From Mantamonas sphyraenae STR306 (lineage: Eukaryota; Protista; CRuMs): a stretch of 64,000 nucleotides of DNA. This document shows positions 45,850 through 59,300 of the stretch, piece by piece. The stretch lies in NCBI GenBank assembly GCA_026936335.1, contig JAPMXV010000072.1, positions 1 through 64,000 of the forward strand, given 5' to 3'. Under the pieces are notes generated by a model, which saw only the letters and a list, made by a program, of their open reading frames with translations, was not told where the DNA came from and did not search any database. The translations under genes were made by a program, and so were the position numbers. Numbering within the stretch: position 1 is the first letter of the stretch; each line of letters opens with the position of its first letter.

Positions 45850-46819
45850 ATGGCAGAGCCCATTGACGACAACGCTTCCGTTGCGTCTGCGCACTCTGTG
45901 CACTCGCGTGCTTCCTCGCTACCGGCGTCGGTTGCTTCCAGACCAGTGTCGTTGAAAGCAGACCCCGCTCCCGCGGCTCCCGTCGCCATGCGCAACCAAC
46001 GAGGTGTCCTCCTACGTCTCATCCTCCTCTTCTCCCTCTTTTCTCTCTTTCCTTTTTCTGTATTTTACGCGCGTGTTCCCACCCATGCAGGCAGACCAGC
46101 TGCAGCATGTCCGGCTCCCACGCAACCTGGCGCAGCTGAAGAAGCTCGACGTGGCCATCCAGGAGCACAGAGACAAGCACTTTGGCCACGTTCTGTTTTC
46201 CTACGTCATCCTTTACATCTTCCTGCAGGCCTTTGCCATCCCGGGCTCGGCGTTCCTCTCTGTCCTTGGCGGCGCTCTCTTTGGCATGCTGGGCGGCTTT
46301 GTCATCGTGACACTGTGTGCAACCATGGGTGCCACTGCTTGCTATTGTCTCAGCTGGCTGCTGTGCCGTGGCCTCGTTCGCGCCTGGTTCCCCAAGCTCC
46401 TTGCTGACGTCGACGCCCTCGTAGCCGGCCACCGTACAAACTTCCTCCTCATCCTCTCTGTGCGCGTGTCTCCGGTCGTGCCCAACTGGTTCCTCAATAT
46501 CAGCGCCCCGGTCGTCGGTGTGCCCATCCACATCTTCATGGCTGCTAGTGTAGTCGGGCTGATGCCCGCCGCCTTTCTCTGCGTGCAAATGGGTCTTACT
46601 CTGCAGCACATCACCACGGCTCGGTTTGATTCTCGCACGTACCTCATGCTCTTTTCTCTTATGCTCGTCCTCCTCATACCTGCCCTCTGGGGAGGCAAGA
46701 AGCTGCGCAAGGCTCGCAAGGACGCCACAAAGGCCAAAGACACCGATGCCCCTGCAAGCACAGATGCAACCAGTGGGAGTGGCACAGCGGAGGAGGAGAA
46801 AGTCAAGGAAGCCCAATGA
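45850..46819 (+). CDS. TMEM41/VTT (DedA-family) protein (apparent frameshift near 46048)
   Basis: YIFLQAFAIPGSAFLSVLGGALFG, RVSPVVPNWFLNISAPVVGVP. The N-terminal TM helix is split between two frames inside a C/T tract. Confidence 0.85.
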
Positions 46820-46890
46820 AGTCCAGTGATTGTGCAATGCAATGCAATCGCCCCGGTCCACCCAACCTTTTCCACGCCGCCGCTGCACCC

Positions 46891-49185
46891 ATGGCTGTGT
46901 CTTCGTTCACCTGGTTCACTGTGTTCAACGTAGTCGCCACGGCGGCTGTGTTGCACCACTCGGGTGTAGCCACTGCGCCCGCAGCCAATGTGGTGGCTCG
47001 CATCCTGCGAAGCAACCTCAAAACCCTGGCCTGCGTCAGCATGGCTTTCAACATCCTCCTCCTGTTTGGCAAGCTCATGATCATGCTCTTTTTCGGCGAA
47101 TTCCGCAGCGGCAATCCCATTGACGAACGCAAGGTGAGTGTGCGGCTGTGTAATGTCCTGACCTGGCTCTTCCGTCTAACGATGAGTGCCCTCGATGGTT
47201 CTTTCCCCCCCCCCCGCAGAAACTGCATGACCAACTGTCCATGTTTGTCATGACCAAGATTGTCTTTGTGGGCGCTGTGTTGGACAACGAATTGCGGGAG
47301 GTCCTTGTTTGGGGCTGCTGGTTTGCGCTCACGGGCTTCCTCCGCGCGATGGTCCTCATGGCCAGTTTGCGCTTCCAACATGTACGTTTGTGGCGGTGCA
47401 ACATCGCCCGTGCTCTTGTGTGCTCCCACAGCATCGCACCCGTGTCCCTTTTGCATGCATATGTTCCGCCAGGCCTCTTGTCGCTGTCCGGTTGTGCCAC
47501 GTCACCGACGGAAATGGGAGTCGCCAGCCCCACGGCCGTTTTGCCCCGCGCAGCAAACAAACGACTGTGCACGCAACACACACACTGACGCACGCCTCAC
47601 ACGAAATGTTGCGCAGTTGCATCTGGCGGTGAACACCAGCATGCGAAACCACATGTGGGTGATGTTGCTCCTGGGCCTTGTTCTGGTGGCCGACGTGGCC
47701 TGCGTGTACCTTTGCGTGAGCGTGGTGGGCGATGCAGGCATGTCTGTGCTCCTCCTCCTCCTCTACGAGTGCGTGTCACTGTCGTTTGCCCTTCTTCAGG
47801 TGCTGGCCAAGTATACCATCGACATGGTTGAGCAGTTTGGGCCCGGTGTGCGTGATCTGCAGAGCTGGATGTTCTTCAGCGACGTGGTGCCCGAGCTGCT
47901 GGACAATGTGGCCACTATGCTCCACTTCCTTCACATCATCTCTCTCCACGGCCTCTCCTCCTTCAACCTCATCGACGCCGTGCTCCTCCTGAACATGAAG
48001 AACCTGTACTTGAGCGTGCGTGCCAAGCTGCGCGACGTACAAAAGTACTTTCAGCTCACGCGCTCCATCGACATGCAACTGCCCGACGCCACCGCCGAGG
48101 AGCTGGCCGCCCACGATGAATGTGTCATCTGCATGGACAAGATGACGAGTGCCAAAAAGCTGCCCTGCGGCCACCTCTACCACTTGGCCTGTATCCGCGA
48201 ATGGTACCGCAACAGCCCCACCAACTCGTGTCCGCTGTGCCGCGACTCGACTGAAGACGAGACACAAGGCGATGGCGAAGACCAAGCCGCTGGTGCAGGT
48301 CCGGCTGGGCAGCAACAGCAACTGCAGCAGGCCCAAGCGCAGGCCGCGGCCGCCGGCCTGGGCCAACTGCATCCTATGCTGATGAACATGCCTGCAATCA
48401 TGCAGGGGCAGGGGCAGGGAATGGGCATGGGCATGGGCATGGGAATGGGCCCGTTTGCCTTTCAATTCAACCTAGGACATGTCCACCTTCCGCAAGCGGG
48501 GCCGTTTCCTGCGCAGATGGCACAGCAAGCTAACCAAGCCATGAACATGCAACATCAACATCAACATCAACATCAACACCAACACCAGCCCCAGCAGGCA
48601 CAGGGACAAGAGATCCCAGACGAACAACTTGCACAGGTGCCCAACGAGCTTGTGGCCCAAATCCGCGAGGTGTTGCCCCACGTCCCTGAACGTGTCATTC
48701 GCAGCGACCTCCTCATCACCCATAGTGTCGACGAAACAATCGATGGCCTCTTAAACGGGCGTGTCGGTTGGAGCATGGCAAACGACGCTCCCGAGGCACA
48801 GCCGTCCTCCCCGGTCATGGCCACGACACACCCATCATCCGATGCCACCATGCCTGGCAGTCCATCGGCAGAGGCCACTGTGGCCACGGTCCAAGCACAC
48901 GTGCAGGAGTCGCCACAACCATCCGTCTCTTCCAGTGCCAGCAACACCAACGCTACCACCACTACCTCCACCACCTCCTCCTCGTCCACGACGACCCCCG
49001 ACCTGACTACTGCTCTTCCCACCGACGAATCCAACGACGACAACAACTCGGCCCAGCGGGAAGAGCAAGTGGTCGTCATGGATTCTGCAGAAGAGCGCAG
49101 GCAAAAGGTGCTCGCGGCAGCTCTGCGAAGGAGGACCAACACATCAACATCACCACCTTCTCCTGAATCACCAGGCACAATGTAG
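46891..49185 (+). CDS. AMFR: ERAD E3 ligase AMFR/gp78 (RIN2-like): TM region, RING-H2, CUE
   Basis: RING-H2 CVICMDKMTSAKKLPCGHLYHLACIREW...CPLCR, CUE-like AQIREVLPHVPERVIRSDLLITHSVDETI, G2BR-like SAEERRQK. Introns 47134-47219 and 47382-47616. Confidence 0.85.
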
Positions 49186-49209
49186 GTCGCCCTTCCCTGC
49201 TGTTTGTGT

Positions 49210-49313
49210 TCATTCGGCCCATCGCACCCTCTTCTGGTCACCGCCTTCCCCCTGCGACGCCTCCGACTCTTCCTCGTCGCGATCTCTCTTGAAAGACACC
49301 TGAGCACTCGTCG

Positions 49314-49354
<41 letters not shown>

Positions 49355-52300
49355 ACGTCGTGGTCGATGTCGACGTGGTTGTCGCGAGTCGGCCTTCCTG
49401 GCCCGTGCTACCAATGTGGACGATGCCTGCACGCGCATCTACGCGTCCTGCCGAACTTGCTTGCACCATGGACATGAGATCCCGGATGCGCTTGGCACGC
49501 AGCTCTCGGCGAGCTTGCAGCGTCAACACACTGCTTTGCTCCATGTTGGCCAGGTCCTCGTGCGACTGACTGTCGTGCAGCTCGTAGATCTTCTCCTCAA
49601 TCGAGTCTTTGATGATCACACGCTCCACATGCACCGCCCAGTGTTGACCGATGCGGTGTGCCCGAGCCATGGCCTGCTGTTCCATCGACACACTCATCAT
49701 GGGGTCAAGCAGAAACACGTATGTGGCCGGCACCAAATGCAATCCGCACGCGGCCATCTTTGTGCTCATCAGAATCACGTTGCAGCTCTTGCTTTCCAGG
49801 AATCGTGCCACGTTCTTCCTTCGTGCGTTTGCCGTCACACGCGGACTAAACTCCACATACTCAATGCCTCCGTGCGACAGCTGCGACGCCATCATTTGCA
49901 GCATCTCGTTGAACTGCGAAAACACAATGGCCTTGACTGGCCGTGCGCCCACGGCCATCGGCGCCTCGGCTTCGTCCTGGCCCAGCAGTCGTTTCTTCAG
50001 AGCACGAAGACGCCGCATCACATAGTTGATTTTGCTCGACGTTGACTCGCGGATGTATGTCCCACGAGCTTCAGCCTCTGCCTGTTCCTCCGCCATCGCC
50101 TCTGCAAGTTCAGACGCGTCGTACGTCACCGTCGATCGAGTTTCCACAGTTGTCGACTGCCCATCTGCGCCACCGGTCTCTTCTGTATCCATCGAAGCAA
50201 AAGGCGATGAAGAGGAGGACGACGAGGTGTCACCACCTCCGCCTCCACCTGCGGCAGAGGCGTTGAGCACCGTGCGCCGCGTCACTTCCATACGCCGCGG
50301 CTCCTGCAAGTGGCACAGCTCGCCCATATGCACCCCATGACGGCACTTGGGACACGGCACCGTCAGCTTTTCAAACTCGATAAAGTACTCGCTGAGGCAG
50401 GAGTTGCAGAACATGTGGCCGCAGGTAGTGATCACAGGGTGCTCCATCGGTTCCATGCAGATGGGACACGCTGCGCTCTCGTGCTGCGACGGATTGCGGA
50501 TGACGTCAATCACGTGTGCTACGTAGTCCTCCGTGCTGCCGTTGTGGATCATGCGCTGCCTCAGCTGCTCCGGTGTCAGCGAGATGGTCAGCAACGTCGA
50601 ACGCTTGATGGCTCCGTGGCAGCATGCAATGCGCAGATCCGCAATGGCCTGTTCAGCTTGGATGTTGTTCTTTGGATGCAACAGGCTGGCCCTGCTGTGC
50701 GCCGTGTGCTCCTCCAGATTGCGTTTGATGAACCCGGCAATCTGGTCGTGGATCGTCTGCTCGGACGTCGTGAATCCCAGCTTCACCGTTTGGATGTGCA
50801 ACGGAGGCAGCGCCACAATGCTCTTGGGGTGGCGCATGATCATCAACTCGGCCAGCTGCTGAAGCCGCTTGCGTCCCAACTCGTCCCCCACGCCCACAGG
50901 GCCCACGATACCGCTTTGCCACGCCGCCTTTGTGTCGTACGGCGCAGCGCCCAGCCATCGAAGCTCTCCGTATAACTCGCTCAGGTTGCGCACAATCGGC
51001 GTACCCGTACACACCCATTTGCGCTCGCAGACAAGCGCTTCGCATGCCAGATTGACGTTCTTGGCAAAGGACGCCTTGCCACGCACCTCGTGGCCCTCGT
51101 CCAGCACTACACGCAGCCAATGCACGTTCACCAGCGTGTGCAGGCACGGGTCCCATTTGAGCGTGTTGTACGTGCAGAGAACCACATCGTACCCAGCCAG
51201 CTCTCGAGCACGCGCACCACTCTCTCGCTTGTACACTTTCACGCGCAGCGACGGGCAGTGTGTCTCGATTTCCTTGCGCCACTGGTCCATCAGCGTGCTC
51301 GGCACGACGATCAGCGTGGCTCCGCTACCTTCGCGCTTTTCCAGTTCCCACCGGTACCACAGCTTGGACTGCTGTCTCCCGTACTTGCCTGTGCCCGAGT
51401 CCATCTCTGCCAACGAAGGAAGCGTCTGGGTGCGCTCGCCCTTCTCCTTGGAGAGCAGCACCAGCGACAGGCACATCAGCGTTTTGCCAAGGCCCATCGA
51501 TTCGCACAGCATCCCTCCACGCACACCTTGTCCAGGCACAGGCACCTGCTCCGGCGCCACAAGGGCGTCTGAATACAGGCACACGCTGTACTCCTGCCCA
51601 GTCAGCGTGCGCACGCGCTGCCACATCGGGTCAGCCTCGAAATTGCGCGGCTCTTGTTCTCGCTTGACCATCCAGTCCAGCGTCTGCCTCTGAAAGTCAT
51701 ACAGCTGTGTTGCCAACGTCCGTGGCTGCTCGCACATGTCTGTGTGCTTGGCTGCGCCCGCCTGCAGTACGGCTTCGACGTCCAGCGGGCTGCCAAAGGC
51801 GCTTTCATCGTCCGCAATACTCTCGAGACGTGGATGCTGCGTGCAACCCACTACACAGCACCATCCACTGCGCCAATTGTCGGGCACACGCGTACACGCC
51901 TCGCCGTCGATTTCCAGGTGTGTCACAATGTTTGTGAGCGACCCGTGCACCGGCAAAGGCCGCTCTGGCAGTGTGCTCGCCTGCAAACCGTGCGCAGCCT
52001 TGAGCAGCCGATCACCCAAGAGGACGTAAACGCGCACCACCAGTGGGCGCACGCTCAATACCACGCTGTACGTGTGCGCCAAGTGCTGCGGATCGCCACA
52101 CTTGCGCATTAGCGCGTACAGAACGCATTTGGTGCTTGTCGGCAGCGGCGCTTTGCCCCATGCAAGCTTTACCAGGGCTTGACCCGCTCGCTGGTGCTCT
52201 TCGGGCATGCTCTCCAGCGTGTGAACGGTCAAGAACCGCCCGCGTTTCCGCCGGTTCTCTCCAAACAGCAGCACGCGGTCGCCCACCTGCACGTCCACCT

Positions 52301-52976
52301 GCGCGTGCAGGTGTTGTGACTCGAGCACCACATCCATGAATCCGAAGCATTGTGCCACTTTCTCGGAATCTTCCGCAGCGTTCGCCAGCGCAGCCCTTGA
52401 TTCTTCCAGCTGTCCTTCCTCCTGCACGCGTCCCACCAATGGGTCAATCAGTGTACGGTGCAGGTGTGGAGCAAGTTGATAACACTCTGGGCAGTTTGTG
52501 ATGTCCATGCTCACGATGGACGACGCATTCCGCGATGCCTTCCGTTCTCGCAACACCGGCGTCCGCTCCCGCAGCTCGCTCACACGAAGCACCTGCGAGT
52601 TTGCTTGCACAGCCTCTGCGTACTCTTTAAAGAGCGCTTGACGTGCTTGTGTCCAGTCCAGCTGCGCCTGCGCGGTCGGAAGAGGCGACGCGATCCCCAG
52701 CGACAACTCCGCCTGCTGGTGTTCGACCAGTTGTGCCTCTTTGACGTTCAGCAGGTCCTCATACTCCTCCACAGATGTGTCCGACGCATAACCCAGCGTC
52801 GCATCCAACTCCCCGCTTGCCAACTTCTGCACCGTCTCCATTGTGACTCGAAGCGTCTGCCGAGCCTGCTCCTGCCGCAGCTCCTCCTCACTCAATTCCA
52901 TTTTGGCCTTTGCCTTTCCCTTCCCTTTGCCCTTGTACGAGCGACTGCTGCTGTGTCGTCGCCCGCTTGAAGACAT
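49210..52976 (-). CDS. SNF2-family helicase with RING finger (Rad5/Rad16-like group); apparent frameshift near 49318
   Basis: GGMLCESMGLGKT, TLIVVP, LDEGH, TGTPI, CPICMEPMEHPVITTCGHMFCNSC...CPKCR, IVFSQF, QAMARAHRIGQ. Restoring one A gives the ending TTTSAQVSFKRDRDEEESEASQGEGGDQKRVRWAE* with stop at 49210. Confidence 0.88.
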
Positions 52977-53310
52977 GGTGTGGGGAAAATGTTGGGTGCA
53001 TGGGCGCGGTCGCGTTCAGGTCTTTGCGACCGGATTCTCGAGCAGAGCATAAGCTCTCGAGACACGGCTTTCGCCTTGCAATCCTGGTGGCGCTGAAAAC
53101 GAAGCCCCAGGAGTCAACTGTGCTTCTGTGGCCGAAGGTCAGAGTGAAATGTTCTGTGTGGAGCGAGCTGCAACCGCGCAGGCGCCGCAACAACGACAAA
53201 TCGGAACTCGCCTTGCGTTCACCTTGCCATTCAGTGCACCACCAGACGCATCATCACGCGCGCCAATCACACATACACGCATTTGGGGGGGAATCCATCC
53301 AATCCACGCA

Positions 53311-56300
53311 ATGCCACGTGCACCTGCAAGTGCACACCAGCGCGCCATGGCGGTGCTCGTGCTCCTGTTGCTAGTGACCATCAAGCAAACACAGGCCATC
53401 AACCGTACGTTCTCCTGCTTGGTCAATTCTTTTCCCAGCCGTCAAGGGGCATCCGAGGCCAGCACACACATGTCTTGCGGCTGCCTCCTTGTCCAGTGCG
53501 CTGCCCAAAAATGTCACACCCCAGCACACGATTGACCCTTCTATGAACGCCCCTCTGTCCTTTCCGCACATTCCACGTACGCACAGACTATGTGAGCACT
53601 CAGACAGGAACAGACGGCCCTACGTGTGGCGCTGTGTGAGTTGGCGCCCTCCCTGCAGCAGCTTCCCCTCCCAGCACTGACCAAACCCTTGCTCCACCTT
53701 CTCTCCAATGCTCGCTCTGTTGTCTGCGTGATACAAAACAGCACGTCTCCGTGCAAGACTATCGTGAGCGGTAAGTGATTGTCCTATGGTCACAATTGTC
53801 TCCAAGGAGTGCTTCTTTTGTTGCTGACCCCCTTTTTTGTTGTCGCTGCATCACTTGCTGACCCGTCCTCCCCATCATGCCTGATTCCGCCCAGCCATCA
53901 ACAACGCCGAGTCGGGCGACTCCATCCTCCTGTACACAGGCGATTACAAGGGATTTGGCAACCACAACCTTGAGGTGAGGAGCAAATCTCTCACCTTTGA
54001 TCGTGCCACAACGTTCTCCAAGCCAAAACTCGTCTACACCGGCACACGGATGGTTCAGATCCGTGCAAACTACCAGGGCGAGACCAATGAGGGAGACACA
54101 TCTGGCTTGACCTCATTCCGTAATATCATTTTCGACGGCAACCTCTTTGCCGATCCGGCCTTTGGCAACACTGCAGGCAACGCCCTGTGGATCCGAGAGA
54201 ACGCAAACGTCTCCTTTGTGGGGTGCACGTTTCAACGATGGCGCCAGCACCAGTCGGCCGGCGCAGCGCTGGGCTACTTTTGGGACTCCGCCTACATCCG
54301 CTTCACAGACTGCCACTTTGAAGACATCCAGAACAATAATGGGTACACCCCCGGCACCAACGGCGTCATTTACGCCAACCAGGTCAAGCAGCTGATCTTT
54401 GAAGGCTGCACTTTCAAAAACATGCGTGGCGCAAAGGCCCGCGGCGGCCTTCTCTACGCCTACACGCCGGTTGAGACACGATTTGAACACAAGGTCCTCT
54501 TCCGCGACTGCTTTATTGACGACGTCAGTTCTGACGCACCAGCAGCGGTGTACGGCATCTACGTGCACGTGGACATCCAGAACACGGTGTTCACAAACTG
54601 CAAAGGCACCGATTTCGGAGGCATCATCTACACCGTGGGCGCACGCTTCGTCCTCAATGACACACTGTTCACAGCCAACGTGAACGGATACGGATCGATC
54701 ACTGGAGGCCTCGACGGCGAGTTCTACTGCAACAATTGCACTTTCCGAAGCAACATCCTGACACATCACACCAGCAGCGCGGTACGCGATCAACCCATTC
54801 CCCTCTCTCGTTTTCACTTGCTTTTCTCACGCTAACGTCTGCACCGTGCGCCGCCACACAGAATTCCGGAGGAGGGCTGATTCAACACGCAAGCACGAGC
54901 TTTGCCAAGTACGTGGTCCACAACAGCGAGTTTGTGGACAACCGGGGATTCAGCGGCGTTGTGTACTATGCTTTCCATCCCTGCTACCTGGAAATGGTCA
55001 ACGTGAGCATGGTCAACTCGCTTGCGACGGCGGGCGCAACAAGTGGCGCCACGATGAACTTTGCCAATGACAACGACGTGCTCCTCCGCAACATTTATGT
55101 CGACGGCAACCGCTTCGTCGACACGTCGCGGTGTGGTCAGTTCATGAACTGTGGCTCGTCCAGGGTGGTGTTGGATGGATCCAATACGTTTGGCCAATCG
55201 CAATTCTCCATCACGTCCAACTGCAACGTGACAGGGCCCGGCAGCGCAGATTTCTTCCGTCCCACGGTTTTGGATGAGTGCAACATCTGCTCGGGAGACA
55301 ACAGCACATGCAAAGGCTGCGACGGCGTTCCGAACTCGGGCAAAACGATCAACCCATGCGGCGTGTGCGGTCAGCCGAATGCCGATCGTCAAGCCACGGT
55401 GGTTGCAGGCACCTTTGCGGCGAACGCAAGTGCAGGGAGTGTGGCTACACTCTTGGTACAGGCCAAGTACAGTTGTGGTGTGAATCGCACGCTGGGAGGT
55501 GATGACTTTCGACTGGCAACGACCGGTCCGACTTTGCTCGGCCTGCCTACTGTCCTGCCGCACCAGGTGCGTGGTCTGTATGCACTCAACATTTCCACGA
55601 CAGTAGCAGGAGCCTACACTCTCAACCTGTACGTGGGCACAAACACGGCCACGACGCTGGCCAGCAGCCCGTACATCTTTCGCGTGTTCCCACTGGTTGA
55701 ACCATCGCTGGCACGCAGCAACGCCGTGATGTCGGCCAACACAGTGAAAGCGGGAATGTGGGCGACTGTTCGGATCCAACTCGCAGACGCATACGGGAAC
55801 AACCTGACGCACAGCCAAGCTCACCTTGCGCTGTTGTCGCTGCAGATCTCTCCTGCTACAGCCACAGCCTCTGAGCAACGTTCCATGGTGCAGAGCGACA
55901 CCGGTCTCTACCAGCTGTCCATCAACATCACGACGACGACAAGCGTCAATGTCACCGCATTCTTCAACGGGACGCAAGTCGGGGACGCACTTCCGCTCTC
56001 CGTTGTGGCTGCTGAACAGTCGGTTGCCCACTGCATTGCTGTCGAAGGACCAGCCACATCGTCCATTCCCGCAAATGTCACGGCCGAGCTGCGTATCCTG
56101 TCACGCGATCGCTTTGGCAATCCGGCTGCAGCTGCAGGCTCTGTGGACGTGCAAGCCACCGGCGCTGCCTCGGTGTCAGCCACGGCGACGCCCGATCCAA
56201 ACAGTGCCACAGCGTATGCCGTTGCCATGTCCTACCCGCAGCTAGGCATCTACCAGGTCGCCGTGAGCAAGAGCGGTGTGCACATAGCCGGTTCACCCTT

Positions 56301-59300
56301 CACTGTCACCGTACTGGGTGCAGCCAACCTGACCAGCATCCAACCTGCACTCGGGCCGCACACAGGAGGCACGCGCGTGACCATCACAGGTACGGGGCTG
56401 TTTAACGACACCACAGGTGTGCAGGGCTGCCTATTCAGCTCGCACCCCACAGTTCTCGTTCCTGGCACGGCCCAATCTGCCACCCAGATGGTTTGCATCG
56501 CTCCAGCTGCCTCGGCAGGCGTACACACGGTCCGAGTCACAAACAACAACGGCACCAGCCTGTCGCCCGCAGCCAACTTTTCCGTTTTCACTGCCCCGTC
56601 CGTGTCCTCGGTCAGCCCCTCAGAAGGCCCCGTGTACGGTGGCTTTGAGGTTACCGTCACGGGCAGCGCTTTCCAAGACACGGGAAGCGTGCGTGTACAG
56701 ATTGGCACCCAGATTGTCAGTGCCACAGTGTCGTCCAGCACACAACTCGTTTTTGTGGCTCCCGTGTCCCCACAGGGCTCGTTTGCAGTGGAAGTGTCTC
56801 TCAATGGCCAACAGTACACTGGAGACGCAAAGTTGATCCGCTTTTTGAAGCCCTTTTCCGAGTACTGCCGCAACAACGACCAGCAGCTGCCGTTTCAGGC
56901 GGACGAGCGTGCGGAAAAGAAGGTCACCTTCTATCCTAACCTGGCTCTTGTTGGTGCTTCCGCCGATCTCAGCGACGGTGGCGTGGGCGAGGGCACCAAC
57001 AAGACGCAACTGATCGACGGCGACCGCTGCTGCCGGGAAGGTGCATACAGATGTGGCATCCGTTTCAACCGCACCCAATCGGGTGACAGCTCACTGCCGC
57101 AGGCCACAGTCGTTCTGGCGCGCCCCGCTTTCATCACAGAAGTGTTGACGTCGTGGTACTCGCCGTGCCGCAACCTGCCACGCCCTTTCTACAACCTGCG
57201 CGTTTGGGACGAAGGCACACAATCGTGGACGGCTCTGCTGACCCATGTCACCGAGGCAGGCGTGCTTGGTGTCCAGAAGCCGTGTTCGGTTGTGCCAAGC
57301 GACTCGGGAGAGGTGGCGCTCTGTATTGATCTGCTCGAGACACCTGTGCACACACAACGACTGCGCGTGGAGTTCAACAACTCGGTGGCCAACATGGGCA
57401 GCAGCACCGACGGCGGCTGGCTCTTTGAGCTGGAAACCCACGGTGTGTTTGCAGATCGTGCCGTGCATCTCTCTGCAGAAGGACCAGTGACCGAAGGCGT
57501 GTCCGTCCCTTCTTCCACGCACATGCTGCTGCCCGTGGCATCGTTGTACACCCTCGACCTCAAACGCAACAAGCTGCTGTCCAACGAGAGTGCTCCGACC
57601 AATGTCACCGTGCAGCTGCTGGCAACAAAGTCCAAGGCCAAGATGGTGCTGGGCGGCACGACCACAGTTGCCTCTGCAAATGGCGTTGCCAACTTTACGA
57701 CCGTACATGCGGCGAATCTTACCAGTGGCACGTACACGCTCTTGTTTGATGCACCTGGCCTGTCGACCACCACCGTGCTGTTTTCTGTGGTGCCGGGCCC
57801 TGCGACAGCTCTTTCCATGGCTGCTGTGGCGGCCACAGGGGCTTCGGGTATGTTTCCCTGCCAGTCAGTCATCATCACCATTCCTTGGGTGGATCTGACA
57901 GTGCGTGACGCAGGCGGAAACGCGGTCGCCGCGACCGACCCCACACGTACCGTCCAGGCCTCTCTGTACCGCACCTCTGTCGGCTCCACCTCGTTGGCAT
58001 CCACCAGCACCTCGATTTCTGGCGGCTCGGGACGTTTGGAAGCGTGGAACGTGCCGGGTCAGGGCAAGGGCGACTTTGTTGTGAGGTTTCGCAGTGCTGG
58101 ACTTGCGGAAGCGACGTGGGCGATCCAATTTGCTGCCGGCGCCCCTTACCGTGTGGCCGTGATGGCCAACAACGTGACAGACGTCAACACGCAGCGCCGT
58201 GTGCCTTTGGGGCCTGTTACGTTTGCAATCGAGGACGCTTGTGGCAACCGGTACGACCCTGTGTACGCAACGGCGGGGACCACGTCGTTTTCGGTTTCGG
58301 TAGCCACAGTGAACGACAGCCTCGGTGTTGTGCCGCCCACGCCGGTGGTGATCACATCTCCGACGCAAGTAGGTGGCTGGTCCAATCTGGCTGAACTCAC
58401 GTCGCCGACGTCGGGCCACTACGTGCTGGAACTGCGCAGTGCAGGGTTGCAGCCTGCAGCCATCCCAGTGACCGTGCTTCCTGGCGAGCCAGTTCATCTG
58501 GCACAAGACGGCGTGTTTGTGTCGACGCCGTTGGCGACGCTCAAGCGACTCCCGCTGCCTGTGCTGCGCGTGCAGGCCCTGGACGCTGGCAACACGCCCA
58601 CAGGGGCCATTGACACGGCGGTGCGCAACATCACCGTGCGTGGAATCAACGTGCAGCTGGAACAGGACGAGTACAACGCCACCATGGTCAACGGGACAGC
58701 CAGCATTGCAGGCATGGCCATGCTTGCGCCCGTGGTGGGCACGCGCATTCTCAATGTGTCGTCGCCTGGACTGACCACGGTCAGCGTGTCTGTGCAGATT
58801 TCCACGGGCCCTGTGGCCAAGCTTTCCCTCGTGCTGCCCACACAGGACGGCATTGACGTACAAACTGACGCCACTGTGCGCATTGGAACCATCATTGTGG
58901 TGAGTGCCGATGCAGGCGGCACAGTGCTGGGTGCGCTCGACAACCAGGCACGCAACATCACGGTGCACCTGCCCGTCGGTATCCAACACGAAGGCACCAC
59001 GCGTGCGTTGATGACCCATGGATATGTCAACTTCACCGACATTGCTCTACTGTCGCCACCCTCCAAAACGTATGCCATCAGCGTCAGCGACGACAATGGG
59101 CTGCTGGAGAGCACAAGCTACCCGCTGCGTGTGAGCTTTGGGCCCCTGAACAAGCTCCAGATCCAAACCGCAGCGGCGATTACGGTGCACAGTGTGTCCA
59201 ACACGGCCATTGCGCGCACTCTGGTGTGGGGCGTGGACGCAGGCGGCACGTTCATCGGCAACCTGGACATTGTCCCCCGCAACGTCACTGCGTCGCTGCG

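Noticed and set aside
46004-46094. Intron explanation for the TMEM41 frame break
   Set aside because: The donor GTGTCC is atypical here, and splicing would delete the TM helix and the FP motif expected at that position in TMEM41 proteins.
48573-49210. Apparent 600-bp antisense overlap of the SNF2 ORF with AMFR
   Set aside because: Adding one A near 49318 gives a natural C-terminus ending at 49210, with AATGAA on the stop. The extension is just the antisense reading of AMFR.
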